Positions 52,356 through 64,000 of a DNA stretch of 64,000 nucleotides are shown one piece after another. Both the position numbers and the translations under genes were made by a program. Origin of the DNA: Octopus sinensis (Eukaryota); contig NC_043000.1 of NCBI RefSeq assembly GCF_006345805.1, positions 92,566,001 through 92,630,000 of the forward strand. Reading direction: 5' to 3'. The notes under the pieces were generated by a model that ran no database searches, was not told the origin of the DNA, and saw only the letters and a list, made by a program, of their open reading frames with translations. Every line of letters starts with the position of its first letter. Position 1 is the stretch's first letter.

Positions 52356-53636
52356 ATTTCTGGATAGAAATAAGTTAATTGTTAAATTTATTTTTATCAG
52401 ATGAAAAGCGATATATTCTAATATGCAAGCATTTTTCTTTTATTTAATTAAAAGTTAGTTATTTCATTAAATATCTCATTTTTGAAATTCATAGGAAAAT
52501 GAAGAATGTTCATGTTAGAAATACAGTTGCAAAAATTTTAATGTAAACCAAAACTGGTTCCAGCCAGCAAAGATAAGAACTTGGAGACAACACATGGGGA
52601 AATGTTTTGTAAATCATCTAATCATATGCTATTGCTCTTTCCTCCAACTCACAAAGCTTCTAGCCTTGCCTGTATGAACAACAACAATGCCTGCAAGAAC
52701 ATAAGATGAAGAATACAATGCAAAATAGCTGAAGCAGCAAGACAATCAAAATTCCAAACTAAGTAGAAAAACAGACAAAAGAAAAACAAAGAAAGATAGA
52801 AAAACAAAGGAGAAAAAATGTAACTGAAAATTTGCTGGAGACCGTGGAAATGCTCCAGAATGGGGGTACGTAAACAATTGTTCAGAACAACTACAGAACA
52901 CACCCAACCACTCACATATGTACATGTATGTATTCTTCTATACATATATAGAAACACACACACACACACACACATACACATATGTATATGTGCATGTGTA
53001 TATGTATGTATATATATATATATACACATATATATATATACATACATACATGTATATGCTCACAGATTCAGGTATGAACATGTGCACATAGACGCAGAGA
53101 TGTACATTCATATGCATATATCTAAACAGACAATTACAAACTATATGCATAAGCATATATATATACATACATATATATATATATATATATTCTTCTAGAA
53201 TATTTGACTGGGTACCTAGATAAAAATGTGCAACTAAGTGAAGACAGCTCATCTTATCTCATCATTAAATTACCTTGAAAACTACATCGTTACTAAATAA
53301 CAGCATTTTCTATTTCTCTAACGAACTGGGGTAAAAAAACAAAAAGCAATCTTAGTTATGGTTATTAGTAATATTATAGTATATTAGTTTATCTTTTATG
53401 GGTTATTTGTTTCAGTCATTGGGCTTGAAGATCTTCAAGTGTTCAGTCAAACAAATCAACTCCAGTATTTATTTTTCCCTTTTTAAGCTTTGGTGCCTTA
53501 TTGTTGAAATGCTAAGTTACAGGGGCATAAAGAAACCAGTACCGGTTGTTAAGCACAAGCACAAAGGCACACACATAGATATAAATGCATATATACATAT
53601 ATATACATACATACATACACGCACACACATATATAT

Positions 53637-53714
<78 letters not shown>

Positions 53715-53772
53715 CAGATAGATAGATATAGATATATGCATATATAGATACACATCTACATATACATATACA

Positions 53773-53834
<62 letters not shown>

Positions 53835-53949
53835 AAAATTATTAATTTAATATATATAATACATACATATATATATGCATATATGTATATATGTATGTAT
53901 ACGTATGTATGTATGTATGTATGTATGTATCTGTCTATCTATCTATCTA

Positions 53950-53987
<38 letters not shown>

Positions 53988-54335
53988 ATGCTTCTTTCAG
54001 TTTCCATCAAACAAATCCATTTCCAAGGCTTCAGTTGACACACAGCTATAGTAGAAGAGACTTTCCTAAGGTACCAGACAGTAGAACAGAACCTAAAGAC
54101 ATGTGAAAAGAAAGCAATCTTCTTACCACACAGCCATGCCCATCTTCCTCTTTCTCTCCCTCTCTTTCTTTATATTCCTCTCTCCCCCTCTCTCCATATC
54201 TATATCTATAGTGAGAAGTGGATCAGAGTCCCTGAAATAGCCTTCAACATTTTCTATCCAAAGGGATTTTAACCCAATATTTAAACATTATTTGTAGGTT
54301 AATCCACTTCAAGATACCCCATACAAATAATGATG

Positions 54336-54390
<55 letters not shown>

Positions 54391-54392
54391 GT

Positions 54393-54423
<31 letters not shown>

Positions 54424-54740
54424 TAAATAAATAAATAAATAAAATAAAAAGAATATAACGAACTATTTCATGTTCTCAAAGTTTCTAAATTCTTTACATC
54501 AACAACATACAATTCTTGTTGGCAATAATAAAGATTCTAAAATGGATAAAGAAATTCAAAAGATTCCTTTTGTCGAGATTTAGAACATACCTATTATATT
54601 TACAAGGGATGTGAGTTCAAGTCCCATGGCTAGCATATGACTTTTTTCTATTCAAAAATTTTCATGCTATTATTTATAGCCTTATGTACTTCAAGATCCG
54701 CCATTGGATTCTCAAAGTTTCTAACTTATAACATAAACTA

Positions 54741-55644
54741 TATATTAGGTTATCCCATAAATAATGCTTTTTTTTATACTTCTTTTATTACAGCTGCTCG
54801 CAGTAGATCTCCATTGTTATTGTTTGGTTTGGATTTAAAAGTTCAAAATAGGTTAAACCTTTCATATCCCACCAAACAGATAAAAACGCCTTACGTGGGT
54901 GAAGACCTTCTTTAGCCTGGGTAGTCAGTGTTTCTCCTTTCCCTACCCACTGTCTTTGGTGCTTGACATTTCTGCAGAGAACCCACTTCTCTTCACCAGT
55001 CACTATTCTGTCCAAAGCAAAGAAGGTTCATTTGTGAGATGTGACAGCAAAGAAGAGCACACATTCACTCTCTGCACGTGATTAAACTCTGAAAGTTTTT
55101 GAGGAATCCATTCACCCAATTTGCTGATTTTTCTGATGGCACACAGGTGTCGATGAATGGTTGAATGACCAAATCCAAGCTTCTCTGCTAATTCCTCAAC
55201 AGTTATGCTGGGATTTTGTTACACAAGGGTTTGCAGGATATCCTCATTGAGCTCTACAGATCAGCAAGGATGAGGCTCATCTTCTAGATTGTAATTTCTG
55301 GCTCAAAATTTCTGGGACTGATGTTGACACTGGCTTCTGCTTATTGTCCGGTCCCCATATACTGCATTAAAATTTCTCACATTTTTCATTGTGTTGTTGC
55401 CTTTAATGTACTCATAAAGCAAAATATGCTGAATATTCTCTTTTGTCACTTTCATTATAGCTTTGAAAAAATAGCTGTTAAAATCGAACTGCACTCTTCA
55501 AAAACTTGCATTAAGAATAAGTACATGGTAAAATTGCTACCTGCTTTTATAGCAAGTTGATGCAGGTAGTTTATCCCATCCCCCTCTGACTTTTAGTTCT
55601 TGCAATTGAAAAAAGAACTCATTATTTATTGGATGATCCAATAT
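54741..55644 (-). mobile_element. Mariner transposon with both TIRs, 3' half of transposase deleted
   Basis: DRIVTGEEKWVL..N.K.QRQW...LHPRKAFLSVWWDMKGLTYFELLNPNQTITMEIYCEQL and N-terminal HTH MKVTKENIQHILLYEY.KG; TIRs tattaggttatcccataaataatg / cattatttattggatgatccaata. Confidence 0.9.
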
Positions 55645-55972
55645 ATGCATGAGTACATAGGTATGTATGTATATATATATATATTTGCGTGCATGTGCAT
55701 ATATGCTTATACATATTCATTCACACACAGATATACATATATATATAGATACAAACACATAAATGGGTTTTGCAGTAAATCACTAAATCATCCATAACTT
55801 TTGTATTATCATCTCAAATTACACCAAAATATCAGACAATAACAAATAATATCGTATTTATTGTCTGTGAAAATTATAGAATATAAAACAACTTTGATAA
55901 AAAATTATATCTACTTTTCTGACGAAAGCAATGCCGTTCTGAACATTTTGGCCGCAACTGAATATGTATGCA

Positions 55973-56024
<52 letters not shown>

Positions 56025-56547
56025 CATTCAAGTAAAATTCTTCTAAGTATTGCACCAGCATGTCTGCTGTCTATTGACTGAAGCAAATAAAAGACACCAG
56101 ATAAAACATGAACAGGATGTTTATAAATCATCATCTTCAATTTCCAAAATTAATTGTGTCTATTAAAAGTGAGATGCATCAATCAACTTGCATGCAACCA
56201 ATGGAGCCCAAGTGGGAGTGTCCCGATATTTGCCTACGTTTTTGAATAAACTCTGCTGAGTTATCCATATTTTTGTTCTCTTCTGAATTCTTCAAATTGT
56301 AAAGGTAATTTATGTGTGCTCTGTGCATGTATATATATATATATTTATATCTATATTTCTACATACATATAAATATTTATATATCAATATTTATACATAT
56401 ATATATATATATAAGTGTGTATATATATATATATATATATATGCATACATATACATACATATATATATGTAAATACATAAATAATAATATATATATATAG
56501 AGAGAGAGAGAGAGAGTGAGATACATGGATATAAATATGTGTGTAAG

Positions 56548-56608
<61 letters not shown>

Positions 56609-56635
56609 TGGATATAATATGTGTGTAAGTATAAT

Positions 56636-56681
<46 letters not shown>

Positions 56682-57359
56682 TGGATATAAATATAAGTGT
56701 GTGTATCTATATATGTGTGTAAGTATATATATGCATAGACACACACACGCACACATATATTTTTTGTGTGAATATAAATCTATAAATATACATCTTTATA
56801 AATACGCCTGTGCATGAATCTACATGCACATATGTGTGTGTGTGTTTAAATATGCATATATTTAAATGTATATACATACATATATGTGTGTGTATGTGAA
56901 TGTGTATGTCAATATGTGTCTATGTGTTTGTGTGTGTGTATGTAAATGTGTGTGTCTGCGTGCTTGTGTGTGTCTAAGTATATGAGGCAGCAATGATATA
57001 CTTTCAATATGTAACACAAATTACTATTGCAGATGTTTGTAAATCTGATGCTCACAGCTGCAAGTAAAATACTTTCTGAAAGGCAAAGCAGCATTACTTT
57101 CACTTTGCTCACCTTGTCAGGGTCACGTGGCAAGGTTGTACACACAAACAACCCACCGCCCATCCTGTTATTGTTTTTTATCAGTTCTTTTTCTCATTCC
57201 AGTCTTGATTCCATTTACCATTCTTAGTATATTTCTATTGAAATGCTCTAACATTGTTTCAATTAATTTTGAAAATATTCAAGTATTTAAGAAAATAAGT
57301 TTATCATTGATAACATGAAGAAACATGAATCTTTGGAAAAGAGTTTTAATTTGTATCAC

Positions 57360-57574
57360 TTAATCCTTTTGTTACCATATTTCTGCTGAAATGCGTGGCT
57401 TTTGTTTCAATTAATTTTGAAAGTAATGAAGAAGTCATAGAAATCAATTTGTCATTATTAGGTTCATGTTTAAGAAATTTGATGAAGGGTGTAAATTTAG
57501 ATCCCTCTAAAACTGAAGGTCTGTTTCATAGTATTTGGAGCAGTCTCAGACCAGTTGATTTCAAAATGGTTAAG
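57360..57574. mobile_element. TTAA-flanked piggyBac-like MITE, with a partial tandem copy at ~57215-57359
   Basis: ttaatccttttgttacc ... tttcaaaatggttaa; homologous to 26530-27165. Confidence 0.55.
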
Positions 57575-57699
57575 CAATATCACAATTTCTTGAAGTTTTT
57601 CACTGTGTATGTGTGTGTGTGTGTGTGTGTATATATTTATATATATTTAGATAGATAGATAGATAGATAGATAGGTATTTATATATTTATATATGCATA

Positions 57700-58157
57700 T
57701 ATCATCATCATCATCATTTAACGTCCGTTTTCCTTGCTGGAATGGGTTGGACAATTGAACTGGGGTCTGGGAAGCCAGGAGGCTGCACCAGGCCCCAATC
57801 TGATCTGGCAGTGTTTTTAAAGCTGGATGCCCTTCCTAGAGCCAACCACTCCGAGAGTGTAGTGGGTGCTTTTTATGTGCCACTGGCACAGAGACCAGAG
57901 GGGCTGGCATCGACCATGATCAGATGGTGCTTTTTATGTACCACTGGCATGAAGGTCACAACTACAATTTCCATGTGATTGTAATTTGATCTGATTTGAT
58001 TTTGATGTTGATGTTGACGTACTTGACCCAAGAGGTCTCTTCAAGCATGGCATGTAACCTTATGATCCAAGGTACTTTTGAGTGGGCTGATTATGCGATG
58101 CTGGTGTAGGTTACAGCTTTGAACTCACTTTCTTTACCGGGTCTTCTCAGTCACAGC

Positions 58158-58160
<3 letters not shown>
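57700..58160 (-). mobile_element. RTE-like LINE 3' end
   Basis: Family 3' UTR extending to ORF-end remnant YAVTEKTR. Confidence 0.7.
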
Positions 58161-58182
<22 letters not shown>

Positions 58183-58188
<6 letters not shown>

Positions 58189-58733
58189 TTCTAATCAAAA
58201 GGTATCAGGACTAGTGCTATAAAAAGAAGACTACAATATATATCAATTCAGCATTTAATCTCCTTTAAAGTTGTTCCCTTCTAAAGTCAAACACTCTATC
58301 CAATACATTTCCATTCATGGAAGTATTCTGGGAATTCTTTGATGTTGGGATAATGAGCAGTTTCCACATCAAATTCTCTTAGACTTCCATGACATTTTGA
58401 AATCTTGTTGGGGTTCTTTATGCCTTAGTTTTGGGGTAATAGTCATAGACCCATGATTCTTTGCCTATTTTAACCATTTTCAATGTTTCCAATTCCCTGA
58501 ACACGGTCAAGAAGGTCCCACATAGCTGAAACCTGAACTTCTTTTCGAGTTGACCACACTCTACACACTCTACTTCCAAGCACTGCTATATACAACAGAA
58601 GTGAGTGAGAATGTTATAATTATATGAGCTTGCACGACAAAGTTCAAGGTCAACCTGCGCTAAGCAGTTTCACTCTGTATACTTCAGCACTGTTTCCATA
58701 GCAACAGTTCCAATACTTTTTGATCAAACCTAA
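58183..58733 (-). mobile_element. Old degenerate mariner remnant
   Basis: GKESWVYDYYPKTK (cf. GDESWVY.YDPETK) and C-terminal EGNNFKGD*; diverged TIR-like ends atcaaaaggtat / atactttttgat. Confidence 0.6.
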
Positions 58734-58884
58734 CTTATGTGTATACACACACACACACTAATAGATAAATATATTTTAATAGCTATTTGGTTTATTTATA
58801 TTGTTTATTTTTCTTAAATTTCTAACATAGTAATTTATCCTCTCTTTATTATAATACTATATTCGTTGAATCACTATTATACAT

Positions 58885-59415
58885 TAGTCGGGCTGACCAA
58901 CGCCTTGTGAGTGGATTTAGAAGACAGAAACTGAAAGAAGCCCATCATATATATATGTATATATATGTGTGTGTGTGTGTGTATGTTTGTGTGTCTGTGT
59001 TTGTCCCCACCAACATCGCTGTTGTTGTTGATAAGCAACAAGATGGGTAAGGGTGATTAGGTGATGGTCTAGGGCTTAAGGGCGGGAGACCCCAGACCTT
59101 GAAAAAAGAAAAAAACTTTAGTTGTCTCATCGTAGTCGAGGGCTCTTCATTGACGCCTGACACCATTGGAAAGTGGCCCTCGAGGTCGCTGGAAATGGAG
59201 ATCTCCAGGTCCAAATTCTTGAACGGCCCAACATCACTTAACAACCGATGCTGGTGTGTTTGCATCCCCTTAACTTAGCAATTCGGCAAAAGAGACTGAT
59301 AGAATAAGTACTATGCTTACAAAGAATAAGTCCTGGGGTCGATTTGCTCAACTAAAGGCGGTGCTCCAGCATGGCTGCAGTCAAATGACTGAAACAAGTA
59401 AAAGAGTAAAAGAGT
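58885..59415 (+). mobile_element. CORE-like SINE 3' part interrupted by an insertion
   Basis: Matches 26680-27000 on both sides of 59021-59227. Confidence 0.85.
59021..59227 (-). mobile_element. Short retroposed insert with (CAA)n tail and 11-bp TSD
   Basis: ccaacatcgct (59010-59020) and ccaacatcact (59228-59238) flank the insert; gttgttgttg at the left end. Confidence 0.75.
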
Positions 59416-60925
59416 ATACCACAAGCTCTGCACTGTTAAACATTAGCACATTATCCTTATGTAATATATACATATGGTTAGAAAACAAATCAGCTGGCCC
59501 ATTTTCAATCTTATGTTGGAACAAGATTGTTTATATATATTTATATATAAATACTTGGCTGAAATCTATAGATATATTCAGTGGCCCCAAAAATATATTA
59601 ATCAAACTAGCTTCCAGATTGTCTTATATACTTGAAGTGGTTTTCAAAGTTTATCTTGCCATTATTAACAGTCTGTTTATATGCAGTGCAATGAATAATA
59701 TTTTGAACTCTGTGTGTGTGTTATGTTATGTTATATTATATTATAGGAATAGACGTGACTGCCTGTTAAGAAGTTTGCTTCTCAACCACATGATCCCAGG
59801 TTCAGTCCCACTGCATGACACCTTGGGCAAGTGTCTTCTATAGCTCAGGTATGAGCAAAGCATTGTGATTGGATTTGATAGATGGAAACTGAAAGAAGCC
59901 CGTCTTGTGTGTGTGCGTGTGTGTGTATGTGTGTGTGTTTGTCTCCCATCAACTCTTGACAACTGGTGTTAGTCTGTTTAGGTCTTCATAACTTAGCAGT
60001 TTGGCAAAACAGACTGATGAAATAAGTACCAGGCTTAAAAAAATAAAATAAATCCCAGCTTTTTAGTGAAACACTAGTAAGAAAAGAACCATACTTCACA
60101 TTTAATGATCATAATCAAATCTACCAATTTACCACTCTTCAAGTTGATTTCTTGAATTTCAAAAAGCGATTTAGGGTGTCACCAGTCAAACGCTATTAGA
60201 TTATATCATACCTAAAATCAAGCTTGCCTCTTAAATCATATCTCATTGAAATAATACAAATTCCATAAAGCAACAGTTCAGTATTATCCAAAGTTTTAAA
60301 AAGAACTGCCATTTCTTCATTTTTCATATTTTCATAATTTTCTTTAACCATAATTCTTTATCAGTTTATAATTTTTTTTTATTTTCAATTTCTGCACATC
60401 TATCAATAGATAATTATTACCTGAAGATAGAATTTTTATTCACACATGAATTTTTGTTTTCTGTATTGCACCAGCTGTAATTTTAATATTCTCTACCAAA
60501 ACAAACTCCTTTTAAAATTTAATAATACTATACTCTTTTACAAATTGAAAATTACTTTTAGTAACAACTGATATTTAATACACACATACATTTTATTGAT
60601 TTGAAAATTTCATATACAAGATAAGGTATTTTTATATGCACATTATATTTTCTCCTCTATAATTTTTATAATCTATTAAGGCTATTATATAAACTATTAT
60701 GAAAGTGTAGACAAAATTAAGTGGTATTATTCTATGAATGATATCTAATTCCATGTTATTTTTTTTAACATAGTAGTGTATATGTATATATAATGTTATA
60801 CACACACATACATACATACATACATACATACATACATAAATATATATATATATATACATATATATGCATATATATATATGTATACATATATATGTATATA
60901 TATATATATATATAATATATATATA

Positions 60926-61154
60926 TACTGAGGAAAAGGAGGCAGTCAGAATTTTGGATAATTCTTTATTATTGCTTTCATTCCTTTATCGAACCCATCA
61001 AGATAAAATTAAAACCAAAATTGTTTTGATTTTAATTTTGTCCTGATGAGTTTGATAAGAAAATGAAAGTGCCAATAAAGAATTATCCAAAGTTCTGACT
61101 GCCTCTTTTATCTCAATACACAATATCTGTACACCACTTCAAAAATTCTATTCA
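60926..61154. mobile_element. Fold-back insert with partial hammerhead-like core
   Basis: Arms 60926-~61017 and ~61022-61118; CTGATGA (61043-49) gttt..aaat GAAA (61065-68), then aataaa; extension to 61154; (TA)n flanks. Confidence 0.7.
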
Positions 61155-61934
61155 TATATATATATATATATTTGCACCTACTTATTTCACTAAATACTTT
61201 TTGTGATTTACTATCTTATTTGAAATGTCATTTGTTATGCCTATCATTCACTATAGAACTAATTTTTACTTACATATGTTTTGCTAAATGTATAGTTTTA
61301 TGTTACCAACCATAAAATATTACCAACCAAAACAGAACTTGGTATCTATTCAAAAATATAGTCAGTATTATTTTAGAGGAGCTTATTAAAATGATCTAAG
61401 TTCAGATCTCTCAGTTCTTTTAATCAAAATAATAAAAGAAACCATAATTTAGATTTAATCTTATCTTATGTATATCTCATTTGTTTAATAATATTTGTGT
61501 ATAAACATATTTGAGTATAATTTAGTTGAGCAGAAAGATATGTTTTAAGATAGTAACCGAAAGTGTTTACTTAGTGTTTTCTAGTAAGTTAACTCCGTAA
61601 ATCTTCCCACATAACTTATTTACTTTTAGAGGTTAGTTCTTAATATACCCATACGAATATTTTTTTTTTATAATTTCTATCACACTTGGTCTGCTTGCTT
61701 GAATTTCATCAACAATTGATTTTTTTAAAAATCTTTTCAAACAGGCACAAGGGTAGCTGTGTGTTGAGAGGTTTGTTTCCCAACAATATGGTTCTAGGTT
61801 CAGTTCAACTGCATGGCACCTTAGGCAAGTATCTTCTGCCATGACCCAAAGTTTGCTGGAGTCTTTTGGGTGGACTTTGTCAACTAGGACTGAAAGAAGC
61901 TTCGCACACATACACACACACATATATATGCAAA

Positions 61935-62270
61935 ATCTCTTTCAGTCACGAATGACTGTGGGATTGCACCCAGAAAGTTCCTCTCTGAGGCACAAGTTTG
62001 TGCAAGATGGTTTATAAAAGACCATCAGTCACCCACACATATCAGTCTCTCCTTATCCACACCTCTGATGTTAACCCAGGGAAAGGCAAAGGTCGATACA
62101 GTTTGGCCCTGGTGACATTGCAACTCACTTCTACAGCTGAGGAAACTCGAGCAACTTGAAGTAAAGTATCTTGCTCAAGAACATAACACACATCCTGGTC
62201 TGGGAATTGAACTCACAACTGCACGATTGTAAGACTGACACTTTAACCACTGAACCATATGCCTTCACAC
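61935..62270 (-). mobile_element. tRNA-derived SINE, tail type C
   Basis: Collinear with 52022-52355. Confidence 0.8.
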
Positions 62271-62280
62271 ACACATGTGC

Positions 62281-62354
<74 letters not shown>

Positions 62355-62870
62355 GATAATAAAATGAATAGTTTACACCTGGTAGCTTACTGGTGAAGCA
62401 CGGTCACTTTCACAGTGATCGTTATGTATATGGCAAATGAAAGATGGAAGGTGGAATATATGAGAATTTATTATTAAATCACAGCAATTGTTTCAACACA
62501 TCTACAAAACCAGGAGTTACATTGCAGAACTGTTATTTCAACAAGTTGTATATTTATCTATCACTTGATGCAATACATCTGCACCACCGGATGCACCTGA
62601 ACCAGTTACTGAGTGTCCCACCCATGCGGGATTGATGCTAGATGTGTCAAAACAATTGTTGTGATAAAGTGTATATATCTGGAGCTTCAACATTGATTAT
62701 TGTATTTATGATTAGACACTGAGGAGGTATAGTGTATAACATCTCTACAATGGTTACGCAATTATTTCACCATTCTGATGAAATACGTGTATGTCCTATA
62801 AAGCTTTGAAAACTACATTAGTATTCTACTTCTTAGATATATATGTATGTAGCTATCAATCTGTCTATCA

Positions 62871-62905
<35 letters not shown>

Positions 62906-63079
62906 AGTCTATCTATCTATCTATCTATCATCTATCTATCTATCTTTCTATCCGTGTGTATCATTGCGCTTGTGTTTATCTCCCACCACGCTTGAGAACC
63001 AGTGTTGATTTGTTTACATCCCTGTAATTTAGCAGTTCAGTAAAGAGACCAACAAAATCATTTAAAAATCAAAGGATTG

Positions 63080-63330
63080 TATGTCCTTCCTGAAACATAG
63101 ACTTATAAGGCTGGTTTCCTGGATTCTGTGACACATATATTCCCCCAGCCAACAGCACTGAACACTAGATCATTGCTTGATTAATCACTTTTGCCAGTTG
63201 AGTGAACTGGAACTACATGAAACAAAGTGTTTTGTTCATGAGCACAACACATCAAGTGGTCCAAGAATTAAAACTACAATCTTATGGTCATTAGTCTAGC
63301 ATCCTAACCACTTAGCCAAGTACCTCCTAA
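63080..63330 (-). mobile_element. tRNA-derived SINE (tail A-like) nested in a CORE-like SINE (62955-63400)
   Basis: Host SINE breaks at aagagacc and resumes at atagaataagta. Confidence 0.6.
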
Positions 63331-63427
63331 ATAGAATAAGTATGACCATGTTGCCCCAGCTTGGTCATAGTTCAATGAGTGATACAAATATAAGATAAAT
63401 GATAGATATACTGAATTATGCCATTGA

Positions 63428-63745
63428 TACTCTTTTACTTGTTTCAGTCATTTGACTGCTGCCATGCTAGTGACCACCTTTAGTCAAACAAATCGACTCT
63501 GGGACTTATTCTCTGTAAGCCTAGTGCTTATTCTGTTGGTCTCTTTTGCCGATCTGCTAAGTTACAGGGACATAAACACACCAGCATCAGTTGTCAAGTG
63601 ATGTTGGGGGTGGGGACAAACACAGACACACAAACACACATACATATACATATATACGATGGGTTCTTTCAGTTTCTGTCTACCAAATCTACTCATAAGG
63701 CTTTGGTCGGCCCAAGGTTATAGTAGAAGACACTTGTCCAAGACA
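63428..63745 (-). mobile_element. CORE-like SINE, 5'-truncated
   Basis: ctcttttacttgtttcagtcatttgactgc...tagtagaagacacttg. Confidence 0.85.
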
Positions 63746-64000
63746 CTTGATACAAATTTTTATTATGTATATAGATTTCATAGATAATTTAATTAAGTTT
63801 AAATATCTGCTGAAGTACAAAATTTTAGGGCTCATTAAAAAAACAAAAACACTGGTGCTTTATTTTGTCAATCCCAGATGGATGAATGGCAAAGTTGATC
63901 TTAGCAGGGTTTGAACTCAGAATCATACATTATTCATTCTACCAGCTCACCACTTTGCATATTAAATTAGACTGACATTACAAGTAAAAATACATTTACC

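Noticed and set aside
54788-55015. SETMAR-like host gene
   Set aside because: No SET domain; flanked by TIRs, frameshifted and deleted, so a dead mariner.
57108-57170. Minus-strand donor aag|gtgagc with a short upstream exon
   Set aside because: No pyrimidine tract at the upstream AG.

Overview
AT-rich eukaryotic (animal) genomic DNA that is essentially all intron/intergenic sequence: dense (TA)n, (TTA)n, (ATGT)n, (CAT)n, (TTC)n and (GA)n microsatellites interleaved with transposable-element debris. The SINE repertoire and microsatellite load are most consistent with an octopus (coleoid cephalopod) genome; this is an inference from recalled repeat families, not a database result. No intact protein-coding gene, tRNA, rRNA or CRISPR array is supported, and almost all ORFs in the supplied track are microsatellite read-throughs. 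Recognisable coding remnants are several R4/Dong-like RLE-type non-LTR retrotransposon fragments (in (TTA)n or (ATGT)n tracts), three mariner elements with terminal inverted repeats, a 5' piggyBac fragment and RTE-like LINE 3' ends. The most striking unexplained structure is a set of at least seven mostly sequence-unrelated fold-back (palindromic) inserts sharing one architecture: hairpin plus one-sided extension, usually between TA-type microsatellites. Several carry intact or decayed minimal hammerhead-ribozyme cores of the kind known from Penelope-like elements; the best is a near-perfect 458-bp palindrome at 44248-44705. Each mobile family appears confined to its own microsatellite type. 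A few candidate splice sites and micro-exons are flagged at low confidence. Most coordinates were read by eye and may be off by a few bases.
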